A DNA stretch of 58,580 nucleotides from Parafilimonas sp. (GTDB taxonomy: Bacteria > Bacteroidota > Bacteroidia > Chitinophagales > Chitinophagaceae), in NCBI GenBank assembly GCA_019247895.1, contig JAFBAF010000353.1, positions 1 through 58,580 of the forward strand, read 5' to 3'. The notes under the pieces were generated by a model, which did no database searches, was not told the origin of the DNA, and was given only the letters and a program-made list of their open reading frames with translations. Every line of letters starts with the position of its first letter. Position 1 is the stretch's first letter. Below, piece by piece: positions 1 to 9,115 of the stretch. The translations under genes and the position numbers were made by a program.

Positions 1-2
1 AG

Positions 3-653
3 ATCAATCATGGTGTAGAAAGTTTCAATATGCAGGAAGATGATTTGCAAATTCGCGAAACAGACTTTAAAGCGCAAACATCAACAGTGCTGATGATCGA
101 TATTTCGCACAGCATGATTTTGTATGGTGAAGACAGAATAACACCTGCAAAAAAAGTAGCAATGGCGCTGAGTGAATTGATCACTACAAAATATCCAAAA
201 GACACATTGGATATTGTTGTGTTTGGTAATGATGCCTGGCCTGTTGAAATTAAAGATTTGCCTTATCTGCAGGTTGGTCCTTATCACACAAATACAGTTG
301 CAGGCATTGAATTAGCAATGGATATTTTACGCAGAAGAAGAAATCCCAACAAACAAATTTTTATGATTACCGATGGTAAACCAACTTGTTTAAAAATTGG
401 TGCACGTTATTATAAAAATGCGTTTGGTCTTGATAGAAAAATTACCAATCGTTGTTTGAATTTAGCAGCGCAGTGCAAGAAATTAAAAATTCCTATCACT
501 ACTTTTATGATAGCAAGCGATCCATATTTGCAGCGTTTTGTAACAGAGTTTACAGAAACAAATAATGGCAAAGCATTCTTTGCTTCGCTTGATAAATTAG
601 GTGCATTTATCTTCCGCGATTTTGAAAGTGGCAAAAGAAAAACGGTGTATTAA
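3..653 (+). CDS. VWA (von Willebrand A) domain protein, 5' end outside window
   Basis: The frame is open back to the window edge (INHGVESFN-M...). MIDAS motif DISHS, plus T in HTNT and D in MITDG. It lies directly upstream of an AAA+ chelatase-like ATPase. Confidence 0.88.
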   Translation: MNHGVESFNMQEDDLQIRETDFKAQTSTVLMIDISHSMILYGEDRITPAKKVAMALSELITTKYPKDTLDIVVFGNDAWPVEIKDLPYLQVGPYHTNTVAGIELAMDILRRRRNPNKQIFMITDGKPTCLKIGARYYKNAFGLDRKITNRCLNLAAQCKKLKIPITTFMIASDPYLQRFVTEFTETNNGKAFFASLDKLGAFIFRDFESGKRKTVY

Positions 654-659
654 TTTTTT

Positions 660-723
660 GTTATCAGCTGTGGTATTTCAATTAAGTACGGTTGTGTCAC
701 TCACTTGTACTCTTGTACAATAA
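660..723 (+). repeat. Dispersed intergenic element, copy 1 (core GTTGTGTCACTCACTTGT at 691-708)
   Basis: 660-711 matches 12151-12202 at 43 of 52 nt (counted by hand). The 18-nt core is identical at 12182-12199 and 41896-41913. Confidence 0.88.
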
Positions 724-728
724 TCAGC

Positions 729-803
729 AAAGTAAAAAGTCAAAATTTAAAACTAAAAAAGCACTTATCTTTTTTTGACTTTTTAATTTTTACTTTTGAA
801 TTT
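729..803. repeat. Inverted arrays of degenerate 7-mers
   Basis: AAAGTAA AAAGTCA AAATTTA AAACTAA AAAAGCA (729-763), then TGACTTT TTAATTT TTACTTT TGAATTT (776-803), which are reverse complements of the same unit. Confidence 0.75.
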
Positions 804-842
804 CATGTTTGAGCATTGAATAAAAATTAAATAAAGAGCAGA

Positions 843-2390
843 ATGAACATCGAGAAGATAAAAACCTTAGGTGAACTAAAAAGAAGTGGTTATAAACCTG
901 TTTCAGTAAAAGAGGAAATAAGAAAAAATCTTATTGAAAATATACGCAATAAAGAAAACCCTTTTAAAGGAATTATTGGTTACGAAGATTCCGTAATTCC
1001 TGATACCGAAAGAGCTTTATTAAGTCGTCATAATATTCTGTTTTTAGGTTTACGCGGACAAGCCAAAACACGTATGGCTCGTCAAATGACAGACCTGTTA
1101 GATGAATATATTCCTGTTGTTGCCGGCAGTGAAGTAAATGACGATCCGCTGAAACCTTTAAGCAAATATGCAAAAGATATTATTGCCGAAAAGAAAGATG
1201 ACACACCGATTGCATGGCTGCATCGCAGTGAACGCTATGGTGAAAAATTAGCAACGCCGGATGTAAGTGTTGCCGATTTGATTGGTGATATCGATCCTAT
1301 CAAAGCTGCTAATCTTCGTTTAAGTTTCGCAGATGAAAGAGTAATTCATTACGGAATTATTCCACGCAGTAACCGCGGCATTTTTGTTATTAATGAAATA
1401 CCGGATTTACAAGCACGTATACAAGTTGCGCTATTTAATATTTTAGAAGAAGGTGATATTCAGATTCGTGGCTTTAAATTAAGAATGCCTTTAGATATTT
1501 TATTTGTGTTCACTGCAAACCCTGAAGATTATACAAATCGTGGCAGTATTGTTACGCCGTTGAAAGATAGAATTCAAAGCCAGATATTAACGCACTATCC
1601 AAAGACTGTTGAAACATCTTTAGAAATTACAGAACAGGAAGCGCATATTTTGGAAGAGCAAAAATTAAAAGTAACTGTAAGTGATCTTGTAAAAAGATTG
1701 ATTGAACAAGTCGCATTTGAAGCACGCAGCAATGAGTATGTTGATAAGAAAAGCGGAGTTAGTGCAAGGCTTCCAATTTCAGCTTTTGAAAATGCATACA
1801 GCAGTGCAGAGCGCAGAGCTATTCGCAATAATGAAAAGCAAACGCATGTTTGGATAAGTGATTTGGTTGGTATTGTTCCATCAATAACAGGGAAAATTGA
1901 ATTGGTATATGAAGGTGAGCAGGAGGGTCCATACCAGGTTGCCGTTAATCTTGTTGATAAAGCTATCCGCTCACAATTCATAACATACTTTCCAAATCCG
2001 GAAACATTAAAGAAAAGAAGAAATACAGGCAAAACATCACAACAAGAAAAAGAAAATGATAACCCGTACAAATCAATTACACGTTGGTTTGATGGCGGCA
2101 AGCATCTCGATCTTTTTGTTGATATGAAAGACAGCGAAAAAATTGCTGCTTTATATAAAGTTGATGGCTTATACAATTTTGTAAAAAAATATTTTCCGCA
2201 TGCAAATGAAAAGGAAAGTGCTTTGTTAATGGAGTTTGTGTTGCACGGATTATCCGCTTATTCACTCATCAGTAAAAAAGTAATTGAAGGCAAGATTGAA
2301 TTTAAAGACCTTATTGGAAGTATGATGAATCTTGGGCAAACAAATTACAACGATGAGGAAGATGATTTGAGCGATGATAGTTTCAGGTAA
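843..2390 (+). CDS. AAA+ ATPase, Mg-chelatase/MoxR-like (VWA partner)
   Basis: 515 aa. Variant Walker A GLRGQAKT, variant Walker B IFVINE, sensor I FTANP, and LKDR arginine-finger region. Confidence 0.88.
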   Translation: MNIEKIKTLGELKRSGYKPVSVKEEIRKNLIENIRNKENPFKGIIGYEDSVIPDTERALLSRHNILFLGLRGQAKTRMARQMTDLLDEYIPVVAGSEVNDDPLKPLSKYAKDIIAEKKDDTPIAWLHRSERYGEKLATPDVSVADLIGDIDPIKAANLRLSFADERVIHYGIIPRSNRGIFVINEIPDLQARIQVALFNILEEGDIQIRGFKLRMPLDILFVFTANPEDYTNRGSIVTPLKDRIQSQILTHYPKTVETSLEITEQEAHILEEQKLKVTVSDLVKRLIEQVAFEARSNEYVDKKSGVSARLPISAFENAYSSAERRAIRNNEKQTHVWISDLVGIVPSITGKIELVYEGEQEGPYQVAVNLVDKAIRSQFITYFPNPETLKKRRNTGKTSQQEKENDNPYKSITRWFDGGKHLDLFVDMKDSEKIAALYKVDGLYNFVKKYFPHANEKESALLMEFVLHGLSAYSLISKKVIEGKIEFKDLIGSMMNLGQTNYNDEEDDLSDDSFR

Positions 2391-2410
2391 TTTATATTTA
2401 CAAAAAACTT

Positions 2411-2722
2411 ATGAGATTTCGTTCGGCAATATCGCTCGTATTAGTATTGCTGCTTTCATGCAGGGCAAAAGATACCACAACCGAAGGTTTAAAAGGTGAC
2501 CTGAAAAAAACTATGCAGGATTATTTGTATCAAACACAAGTTAATAACGATTCATCAAATACAACATACAGGGTACAAGATGTGAATTTTTTTGATGATA
2601 CAATTAAGAGCCGGTATGTATGTGAATTTACCGTTCATTTAAAGGAAAAATCGCTTGATACAACTGGTCAAATGAAGGCATATATTTCAAAGGACTTTAA
2701 AAAAGTTACCCGCCTTTACTAA
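2411..2722 (+). CDS. Small hypothetical lipoprotein
   Basis: 103 aa. Basic N-terminus, hydrophobic core and lipobox LLSC. Confidence 0.75.
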   Translation: MRFRSAISLVLVLLLSCRAKDTTTEGLKGDLKKTMQDYLYQTQVNNDSSNTTYRVQDVNFFDDTIKSRYVCEFTVHLKEKSLDTTGQMKAYISKDFKKVTRLY

Positions 2723-2723
2723 A

Positions 2724-4163
2724 TTACTCAATAATCAATGTTGCAATGGAATGTGGTAAACTGGTGGTTTGTGCTGCATTCCCGTTTATCCATAAATTAT
2801 AATCGATTTTATCGCCTGATGTGTTTAATACAACTACTGCGATCTTTCCATTCGAATTTATAAATGCAGTGGTTTGCAATTTATCCCTGTTTGATGAAGT
2901 GATAATTCTTTGCGCACCGGGGCGAATGAATTTTGAAAAATGACCAATGTAATAATAACTGTTCATGTAAGTTAATTCGCCTGTTTTTGTATCTGCATGA
3001 ACAGGCGCAAAACAAAAATTACCAACATGATTCGGGCCGCCGTTCTCATCCAATAAAATATTCCAGTCTGTCCATGCAACAGTGCCATTATTAAAGTCAT
3101 GCACCATGGAAGTTCCATATCTTTCACCCCAGTTCCAATCATTTATTTTCTTTGCATCATATCTTTCAGCGCAACCTTCTGTAAACACTAAATTTTTTGT
3201 TGGAAAAGTTTCATGCACTCTTGCTACATTATCAAACTGCATGGCGCTGCCAGTCCATGTTTCATACCAGTGGTAACCAATTCCCCAAACATACTTTGCA
3301 GCATTCGGGTCTTCCATAATAGTACTTACACGCTGGTATATTAAATCGCGGTTATGATCCCAGCATATTAATTTTTTCTTACTCAATCCGTTTTTAGCCA
3401 ATGTAGGCCCTAAAAAATTTTTTATAAAATCTCTTTCATCTTCTGCGCTAAATGTGCACGATTCCCATGTTTGTTTTGCCATCGGTTCATTCTGCACACT
3501 TAACCCCCAAACCGGAATCCCTTCTGCTTCATACGCCTTAATAAATTTAACGTAATAATTAGCCCAGCTTTGCATGTATTCAGGTTTAAGCTTTCCGCCA
3601 TGTGCCATATCGTTGTTATCTTTCATCCATGCCGGCGGGCTCCAGGGCGATACAAATAATGTAATATGATTATTCGCTGCTTTTTCAACTTCTTTTATAA
3701 ATGGAATTTTATAATTTTCATCATGCGCAAGACTGAATGATCTTAATGAAGCATCGTTTTCATCAATATAAGTGTAACTATCGCTGCTGAAATCGCAACT
3801 ATTAATATTGGTTCTTGCGAACGTGTAGCCAATGCCACTCATTGTATCGTAATAAGCTTTTAAAAATTCCTGTTGTTTACCCGCAGGGATTTTATAAAAT
3901 GTTTCGGCAGATGCATCAGTAAGTGCGCCACCAATGCCAATTAATTTTTGAAATTTTTGTGAAGGATCAACAAATACACAAACCTGTGTTTCAACCGGTT
4001 GGCCCATATATGAAAAATGCAACGTATCTGTAAGCGTAATGCGATAATCTGTTTTTTCAGCAGTAGTGTACACCAGTGCTTTTTTATTTAATGCTGAAGA
4101 ATTTTTTTGCGCATAATTAAAAATGCATGCAATTAAGCTAATGGAAGTAAGAAAGCATTTCAT
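2724..4163 (-). CDS. Glycoside hydrolase family 30 (glucosylceramidase-like), secreted
   Basis: Signal peptide, SPWSPPAWMK, acid/base VQNEP, nucleophile FTEGC, and DWNILLD..GGPNHVGNFC. Confidence 0.92.
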   Translation of the reverse strand: MKCFLTSISLIACIFNYAQKNSSALNKKALVYTTAEKTDYRITLTDTLHFSYMGQPVETQVCVFVDPSQKFQKLIGIGGALTDASAETFYKIPAGKQQEFLKAYYDTMSGIGYTFARTNINSCDFSSDSYTYIDENDASLRSFSLAHDENYKIPFIKEVEKAANNHITLFVSPWSPPAWMKDNNDMAHGGKLKPEYMQSWANYYVKFIKAYEAEGIPVWGLSVQNEPMAKQTWESCTFSAEDERDFIKNFLGPTLAKNGLSKKKLICWDHNRDLIYQRVSTIMEDPNAAKYVWGIGYHWYETWTGSAMQFDNVARVHETFPTKNLVFTEGCAERYDAKKINDWNWGERYGTSMVHDFNNGTVAWTDWNILLDENGGPNHVGNFCFAPVHADTKTGELTYMNSYYYIGHFSKFIRPGAQRIITSSNRDKLQTTAFINSNGKIAVVVLNTSGDKIDYNLWINGNAAQTTSLPHSIATLIIE

Positions 4164-4346
4164 GCTGATAATTTTTTTTCAAATGTATATGCAATTAAAA
4201 ATGAAATAAAATTTGTGCACCACATTCAGTGTAATTGCATACGCATAATTGAATGTCTTATCTGTATAGTGATATAGATAAAATTAATGTTTTATAACAC
4301 TCGCATCGCTTAATCTTGTAAACAATTACAGAAAAAGCTATAGCTT

Positions 4347-5933
4347 ATGCCTCGTACACCTTTGATGCAACGATTGCTAAAACTTACTTCGACCGCAAGA
4401 AAAGCAAAGCAGCAACAAATCAATGAAATAGAATTTGCTGAACATCATTTTTCACGCAGGCAATTTCTGCAAACTTCGTCAATGGCAGCAATTGCTGCCG
4501 CAGCTTTGGCAAGCTGCACTAAAGTAATTGAATTTGGAGAAAGCAATGACGATGACCTGAGTAATAGTGGTGCATCAACTCCTTCAATCGCAATTATTGG
4601 TGGCGGTATTGCTGGCTTAAATGCCGCATTTCAACTTCAAAATGCAGGTGTTCCTTCCACTATTTATGATGCAAATACAAGGGCGGGCGGCAGAATGTTT
4701 ACAGCACAAAGTTTATTAAATACGGGTTTAAGTACAGAACTGGGCGGCGAATTTATTGATTCAGGCCATCACGATATGCGGCTTTTGGCAAAACGTTTGA
4801 ATCTGCCTTTAATTGATTTGTATCAATCTTCAGAATTAGAACTTCGGCAAAACATTTATTTCTTTAATGGCACTTTTTATAGTAATAAAGATTTTTTGAA
4901 AGCAATTGCGCATTATCTGCCGGCAATTGATAAAGATGCCAATAGTTTAAGTGGCATCATAAAGTATAATCATTATTCACCAACCGATAAAAAGTTCGAT
5001 AACATGAATATCGAACAATATTTTGACAGTATAAATATAACCGGCTGGTTGCGTGAATTATTATTGGTAGCTTATTTAGGTGAATATGGTTTAAATACCG
5101 ATGTGTGTAATGCTATCAACTTTTTATGGCTGTTTGGTTTAGCGCCTGATGGGAAACAGGCTTTATATGGTTATAGTGATGAACGCTATAAAGTGGAAGG
5201 CGGCAATCAGAAAATAGTTGATGCTTTGTATAATGAATTAAAGCATCGTGTGTATTTACAGCACAAGCTTTTAAAAATTGAAAGCAAAGGAACTGGCTAT
5301 AAATTGTATTTTGATGGTGAAGCTAAATCAACTTACGCTGACATTGTTTTACTTGCTTTGCCATTTACTTTATTAAGAGAAGTGGAAATTAATGTTGATT
5401 TGCCTGAAGTGAAACGTAATGCTATTAATAACCTGGGTTATGGAAATAATTCGAAATTAATGTTAGGATTTAATGGAAGAATATGGCGTACCAAATACAA
5501 TAGTGTTGGTATGAGTTATAGTGATAATGGTACGCAAAATACATGGGATAACAGCCAATTACAACCCGGCAAGGATGGCGGCTTAACTGTTTATCTTGGT
5601 GGTGATGATGCTGTAAAACTTGGCAATGGTGATGTGAATGATAAAGCATCTGCATACTTGAAAGACCTAAACGAAATATATCCCGGAATAAAAAATAAAT
5701 ACAATAATAAAGCTTATAGAATGCTATGGCCACAGTTTGCTTTTACAAAAGCAAGCTATAGTGCATGGACAGTAGGCCAATATACCACCATTGCAGGCAG
5801 TGAAGGCGAAACTGTTGGTAATTTATTTTTTGCGGGTGAACATACATCATACAATTTCCAGGGCTTCATGAATGGTGGAGCTGCCTCAGGACGCATAGCT
5901 GCACAAAATATTTTGGATAAGATTGGGCATTAG
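4347..5933 (+). CDS. Flavin-dependent amine oxidase family protein with Tat-lipoprotein signal
   Basis: SRRQFL twin-arginine motif followed by lipobox LASC. FAD motifs IIGGGIAGL, RAGGR and ELGGEFI; C-terminal FAGEHT...GFMNGG. Confidence 0.88.
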   Translation: MPRTPLMQRLLKLTSTARKAKQQQINEIEFAEHHFSRRQFLQTSSMAAIAAAALASCTKVIEFGESNDDDLSNSGASTPSIAIIGGGIAGLNAAFQLQNAGVPSTIYDANTRAGGRMFTAQSLLNTGLSTELGGEFIDSGHHDMRLLAKRLNLPLIDLYQSSELELRQNIYFFNGTFYSNKDFLKAIAHYLPAIDKDANSLSGIIKYNHYSPTDKKFDNMNIEQYFDSINITGWLRELLLVAYLGEYGLNTDVCNAINFLWLFGLAPDGKQALYGYSDERYKVEGGNQKIVDALYNELKHRVYLQHKLLKIESKGTGYKLYFDGEAKSTYADIVLLALPFTLLREVEINVDLPEVKRNAINNLGYGNNSKLMLGFNGRIWRTKYNSVGMSYSDNGTQNTWDNSQLQPGKDGGLTVYLGGDDAVKLGNGDVNDKASAYLKDLNEIYPGIKNKYNNKAYRMLWPQFAFTKASYSAWTVGQYTTIAGSEGETVGNLFFAGEHTSYNFQGFMNGGAASGRIAAQNILDKIGH

Positions 5934-6123
5934 CGTATTGCAAAAAGTAGTTTCTAATAATATACTTGAGTGTTTTACAAAAGAGTGGCTATGAATAAGG
6001 CAATTCTTTTTGCTAAATAAATGATGCAACGCAACTCGTTTTTTATAAATAGTGTTATGGATAGTATAGCCAAATGCAAATAAAGTGCTGCATTTTTTAT
6101 AATTACATTTGGTAAATAATGCT

Positions 6124-6741
6124 ATGAAGAGATTGTGGCAATATTATTTTTTCACTTTTATTATTTGCTTGTCAATACTATTAGTACAAGATACAGGTTG
6201 TGTAAAGGAATATAGTTTTGAAGGCGCATCACAGGATACGATACCAGTTGATACTACTCAAACAGATACTTTAGATACAATTACAACTCCTCCGGCTATA
6301 ACATTTCCGCAATGTCCTTCGTGCCAGGTTACGAATCAAATTGATCTTGGCCATTGGGGTTTTAAAGTTGGTGAAACATATTTATGCGGTACTTATACAA
6401 ATTCAGGTTTTTTTAGCGGATTATCAAAAACATCGTTTACTTTTTTTGGTCCATCATCATGTTCTGCTGATACAGGAATTGTAGTTTCTGTTTATTTATC
6501 AGTGCCTTTGAATCAAGATCGGTATGGACTAACCACTGATGCAGCTGCTTTTTATTATTACGATCATAATTCACCTGATGATATTTTAGACAGTCGCCAT
6601 ACTGCTAAATTTACCGTAACCGTTCAAAGTTTTATTAATGCAACCGGAGTTGTTACAGGCACATTTGCAGGTGATGTTTATACAGCGAATGGTGAGATTG
6701 TTCATATCACCGATGGACAATATAAGGCAACATTATACTAA
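6124..6741 (+). CDS. Hypothetical secreted or lipoprotein
   Basis: ATG at 6124 preferred over TTG at 6109. Hydrophobic N-terminus ending TGC, a DT-rich linker and several Cys. Confidence 0.7.
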   Translation: MKRLWQYYFFTFIICLSILLVQDTGCVKEYSFEGASQDTIPVDTTQTDTLDTITTPPAITFPQCPSCQVTNQIDLGHWGFKVGETYLCGTYTNSGFFSGLSKTSFTFFGPSSCSADTGIVVSVYLSVPLNQDRYGLTTDAAAFYYYDHNSPDDILDSRHTAKFTVTVQSFINATGVVTGTFAGDVYTANGEIVHITDGQYKATLY

Positions 6742-6744
6742 TAA

Positions 6745-8223
6745 TTAATAGGCTTTTGCAAACAGCACTCTTTGTTCAGATGGCTTGCCGGTTAAAATAC
6801 ATTTGCCTTTTTCTTGCTTAGTGTTAAAAGGAATGCAACGGATGGTTGCCTTGGTTAATTCTTTAATTTTTTCTTCTGTTTCGCCTGTTCCATCCCAATG
6901 TGCATTTGCAAAACCGGTTTTGTTTTCCAGTACATCAATAAATTCCTCCCATGTATTCACTTCGCTAATATGCTCATCACGAAAGTTTTTTGCTTTGTTG
7001 TACATACTGTTTTGAATGTCATCTAACAATTTGGAAACTTGTTCTGCAATAGTATCTAAACTAAGGCTGGCCTTTTCTTTTTTATCTCTTCTTGCAACTT
7101 CAGCAACATTGTTTTCGAGATCTTTTGGGCCGATCGTTATTCTAACTGGCACACCTTTCATTTCATATTCAGCAAACTTCCATCCCGGGCGAACATTATC
7201 AGTGTCATCATATTTTACTCTAATATTCTGTTGCCTTAACGCGGTAATAATTTCATTTGCTTTTTGTGAGATTATATTTTTCTGGTCCCCGTTTTTATAA
7301 ATAGGCACAATCACAACCTGTAAAGGCGCAATTTTTGGCGGCAATATTAAACCATCATCATCGCTGTGCGCCATAATCAATGCACCAATCAATCTGGTAC
7401 TAACGCCCCAGCTTGTTGCCCACACATAATCTAATGTATTATTTTTATCACTGAATTTTACATCGAAAGCCTTTGCAAAATTCTGCCCGAGAAAATGTGA
7501 AGTACCTGCCTGTAAAGCTTTGCCATCTTGCATCAAGGCTTCTATACAATAAGTGTCTTCTGCACCGGCGAATCGTTCGTTTGGTGTTTTTGTTCCTTTA
7601 ATAACAGGCACTGCCATAAAATCTTCAACAAAAGTTGCATACACATCCAGCATTTGCTTTGCTTCAAATACAGCTTCTTGTTTTGTTGCATGTGCTGTAT
7701 GCCCTTCCTGCCATAAAAATTCTGCGGTACGTAAGAACAAGCGGGTACGCATTTCCCAACGTACAACGTTCGCCCACTGATTTATTAAAATTGGTAAATC
7801 GCGGTAACTTTGTATCCAGTTTTTATAACTGTTCCAGATGATGGCTTCACTGGTTGGACGAACGATTAATTCTTCTTCAAGCTTTGCTTCTTCGTCAACA
7901 ATTAATTTTCCTTTTTTATTTGCATCAGCTTTTAAACGATAATGCGTAACAATTGCACATTCCTTTGCAAAGCCTTCTGCATTTTGTTCTTCGGCCTCAA
8001 ACAAACTTTTTGGCACAAACAGAGGAAAATATGCATTTACGTGTCCTGTATCTTTGAACATTTTATCCAGGGCATCACGCATGTTTTCCCACAATGCAAA
8101 ACCATAAGGCCTAATGATCATGCATCCTCTCACAGCGCTGTAGTCAGCTAATTCACTTTTTAAAACAAGGTCGTTATACCACTGAGAGTAATCTTCACTT
8201 CTTGATGTTATTGCTTTACCCAT
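6745..8223 (-). CDS. proS: Proline--tRNA ligase (archaeal/eukaryotic type)
   Basis: [45 protein letters not shown], and C-terminal FAKAY. Confidence 0.97.
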   Translation of the reverse strand: MGKAITSRSEDYSQWYNDLVLKSELADYSAVRGCMIIRPYGFALWENMRDALDKMFKDTGHVNAYFPLFVPKSLFEAEEQNAEGFAKECAIVTHYRLKADANKKGKLIVDEEAKLEEELIVRPTSEAIIWNSYKNWIQSYRDLPILINQWANVVRWEMRTRLFLRTAEFLWQEGHTAHATKQEAVFEAKQMLDVYATFVEDFMAVPVIKGTKTPNERFAGAEDTYCIEALMQDGKALQAGTSHFLGQNFAKAFDVKFSDKNNTLDYVWATSWGVSTRLIGALIMAHSDDDGLILPPKIAPLQVVIVPIYKNGDQKNIISQKANEIITALRQQNIRVKYDDTDNVRPGWKFAEYEMKGVPVRITIGPKDLENNVAEVARRDKKEKASLSLDTIAEQVSKLLDDIQNSMYNKAKNFRDEHISEVNTWEEFIDVLENKTGFANAHWDGTGETEEKIKELTKATIRCIPFNTKQEKGKCILTGKPSEQRVLFAKAY

Positions 8224-8265
8224 ACCATTTATAAAAAACTAATTTTAAATACAATCAGAAAGCGG

Positions 8266-8273
8266 CAAAAGTA
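8266..8273 (-). promoter_or_regulatory. Bacteroidota primary-sigma -7 element for proS
   Basis: TACTTTTG matches TAnnTTTG, about 40 nt upstream of the ATG. Confidence 0.7.
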
Positions 8274-8350
8274 ATAACTTGCATACAAACAATGTGAGAA
8301 TGAAATGAGCTATAAAAATTTTCAACAGATTGTATTCAAAGTAGTGAAAA

Positions 8351-8376
8351 TTTTATGGCGAGTTCCATGTGTCAAT
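8351..8376 (+). promoter_or_regulatory. Shared upstream motif, sigma-54-like (copy A)
   Basis: TTTTATGGCGAGTTCCATGTGTCAAT, 23/26 identical to 33188-33213. Confidence 0.45.
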
Positions 8377-8397
8377 TGAAAGAAAAAATTATTACAC

Positions 8398-9063
8398 ATG
8401 AAAAAGAATTTAGTTTACCTGCTTAGTGTGATTGCTTTAATTACAAGTTGCTCTCCCGCATATAAAACCTCTCAAACGCCAGACGATGTTTATTATTCGC
8501 CCGGTCAAAAAATTTATGTTGCTGACAGGTATGAAAGCTATCCTTCATCGTCAGATGACGAATACCTGCGTATGAAGGTGCACAATTATAATAGATGGAG
8601 TACAATTGATGATTATGATTACTGGTATGACAGCCGTTATTACTACAATAATTATTATAGCCCTTGGTCACCAGGCCTTTCAGTTGGTCTTAGCTATGGA
8701 TATAATTCTTATTATACTTATAATCCTTATTGGTACAACCCGTGGCATTCTTGGTATAACCCGTGCTATACTGTTGTTTATTATAAAAACCCGGCGGTGT
8801 ATTATAAACCTGTAAGTAACTATAATGTTTCAACTTATAGCAACAGGAATTATAACAATAGCAATATGCCCTTACAAAACAGTAATCGCAGTAATGCTTA
8901 TAACAACAGCAACTATAATGTGAACAGAACAAGAAATAACAATAATTATCAAAATAATAATAATTCAAACCCGTCAAGATCATTTAACAGTGGCAGCAGT
9001 ATGAATTCCGGTGGTGGCGGAGGTTCACGTATCAGCGGTGGCGGAAGCCGGTCACGACCTTAA
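8398..9063 (+). CDS. Tyr/Asn-rich low-complexity lipoprotein
   Basis: Lipobox ITSC, motif TPDDVYYSP, a Y/W/P-rich middle and an N/S/G-rich tail. Confidence 0.85.
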   Translation: MKKNLVYLLSVIALITSCSPAYKTSQTPDDVYYSPGQKIYVADRYESYPSSSDDEYLRMKVHNYNRWSTIDDYDYWYDSRYYYNNYYSPWSPGLSVGLSYGYNSYYTYNPYWYNPWHSWYNPCYTVVYYKNPAVYYKPVSNYNVSTYSNRNYNNSNMPLQNSNRSNAYNNSNYNVNRTRNNNNYQNNNNSNPSRSFNSGSSMNSGGGGGSRISGGGSRSRP

Positions 9064-9115
9064 TCAATCTGATTTACCTGGTTAAATTAATTACATAAAA
9101 CTTGTTGAAGTGTTT

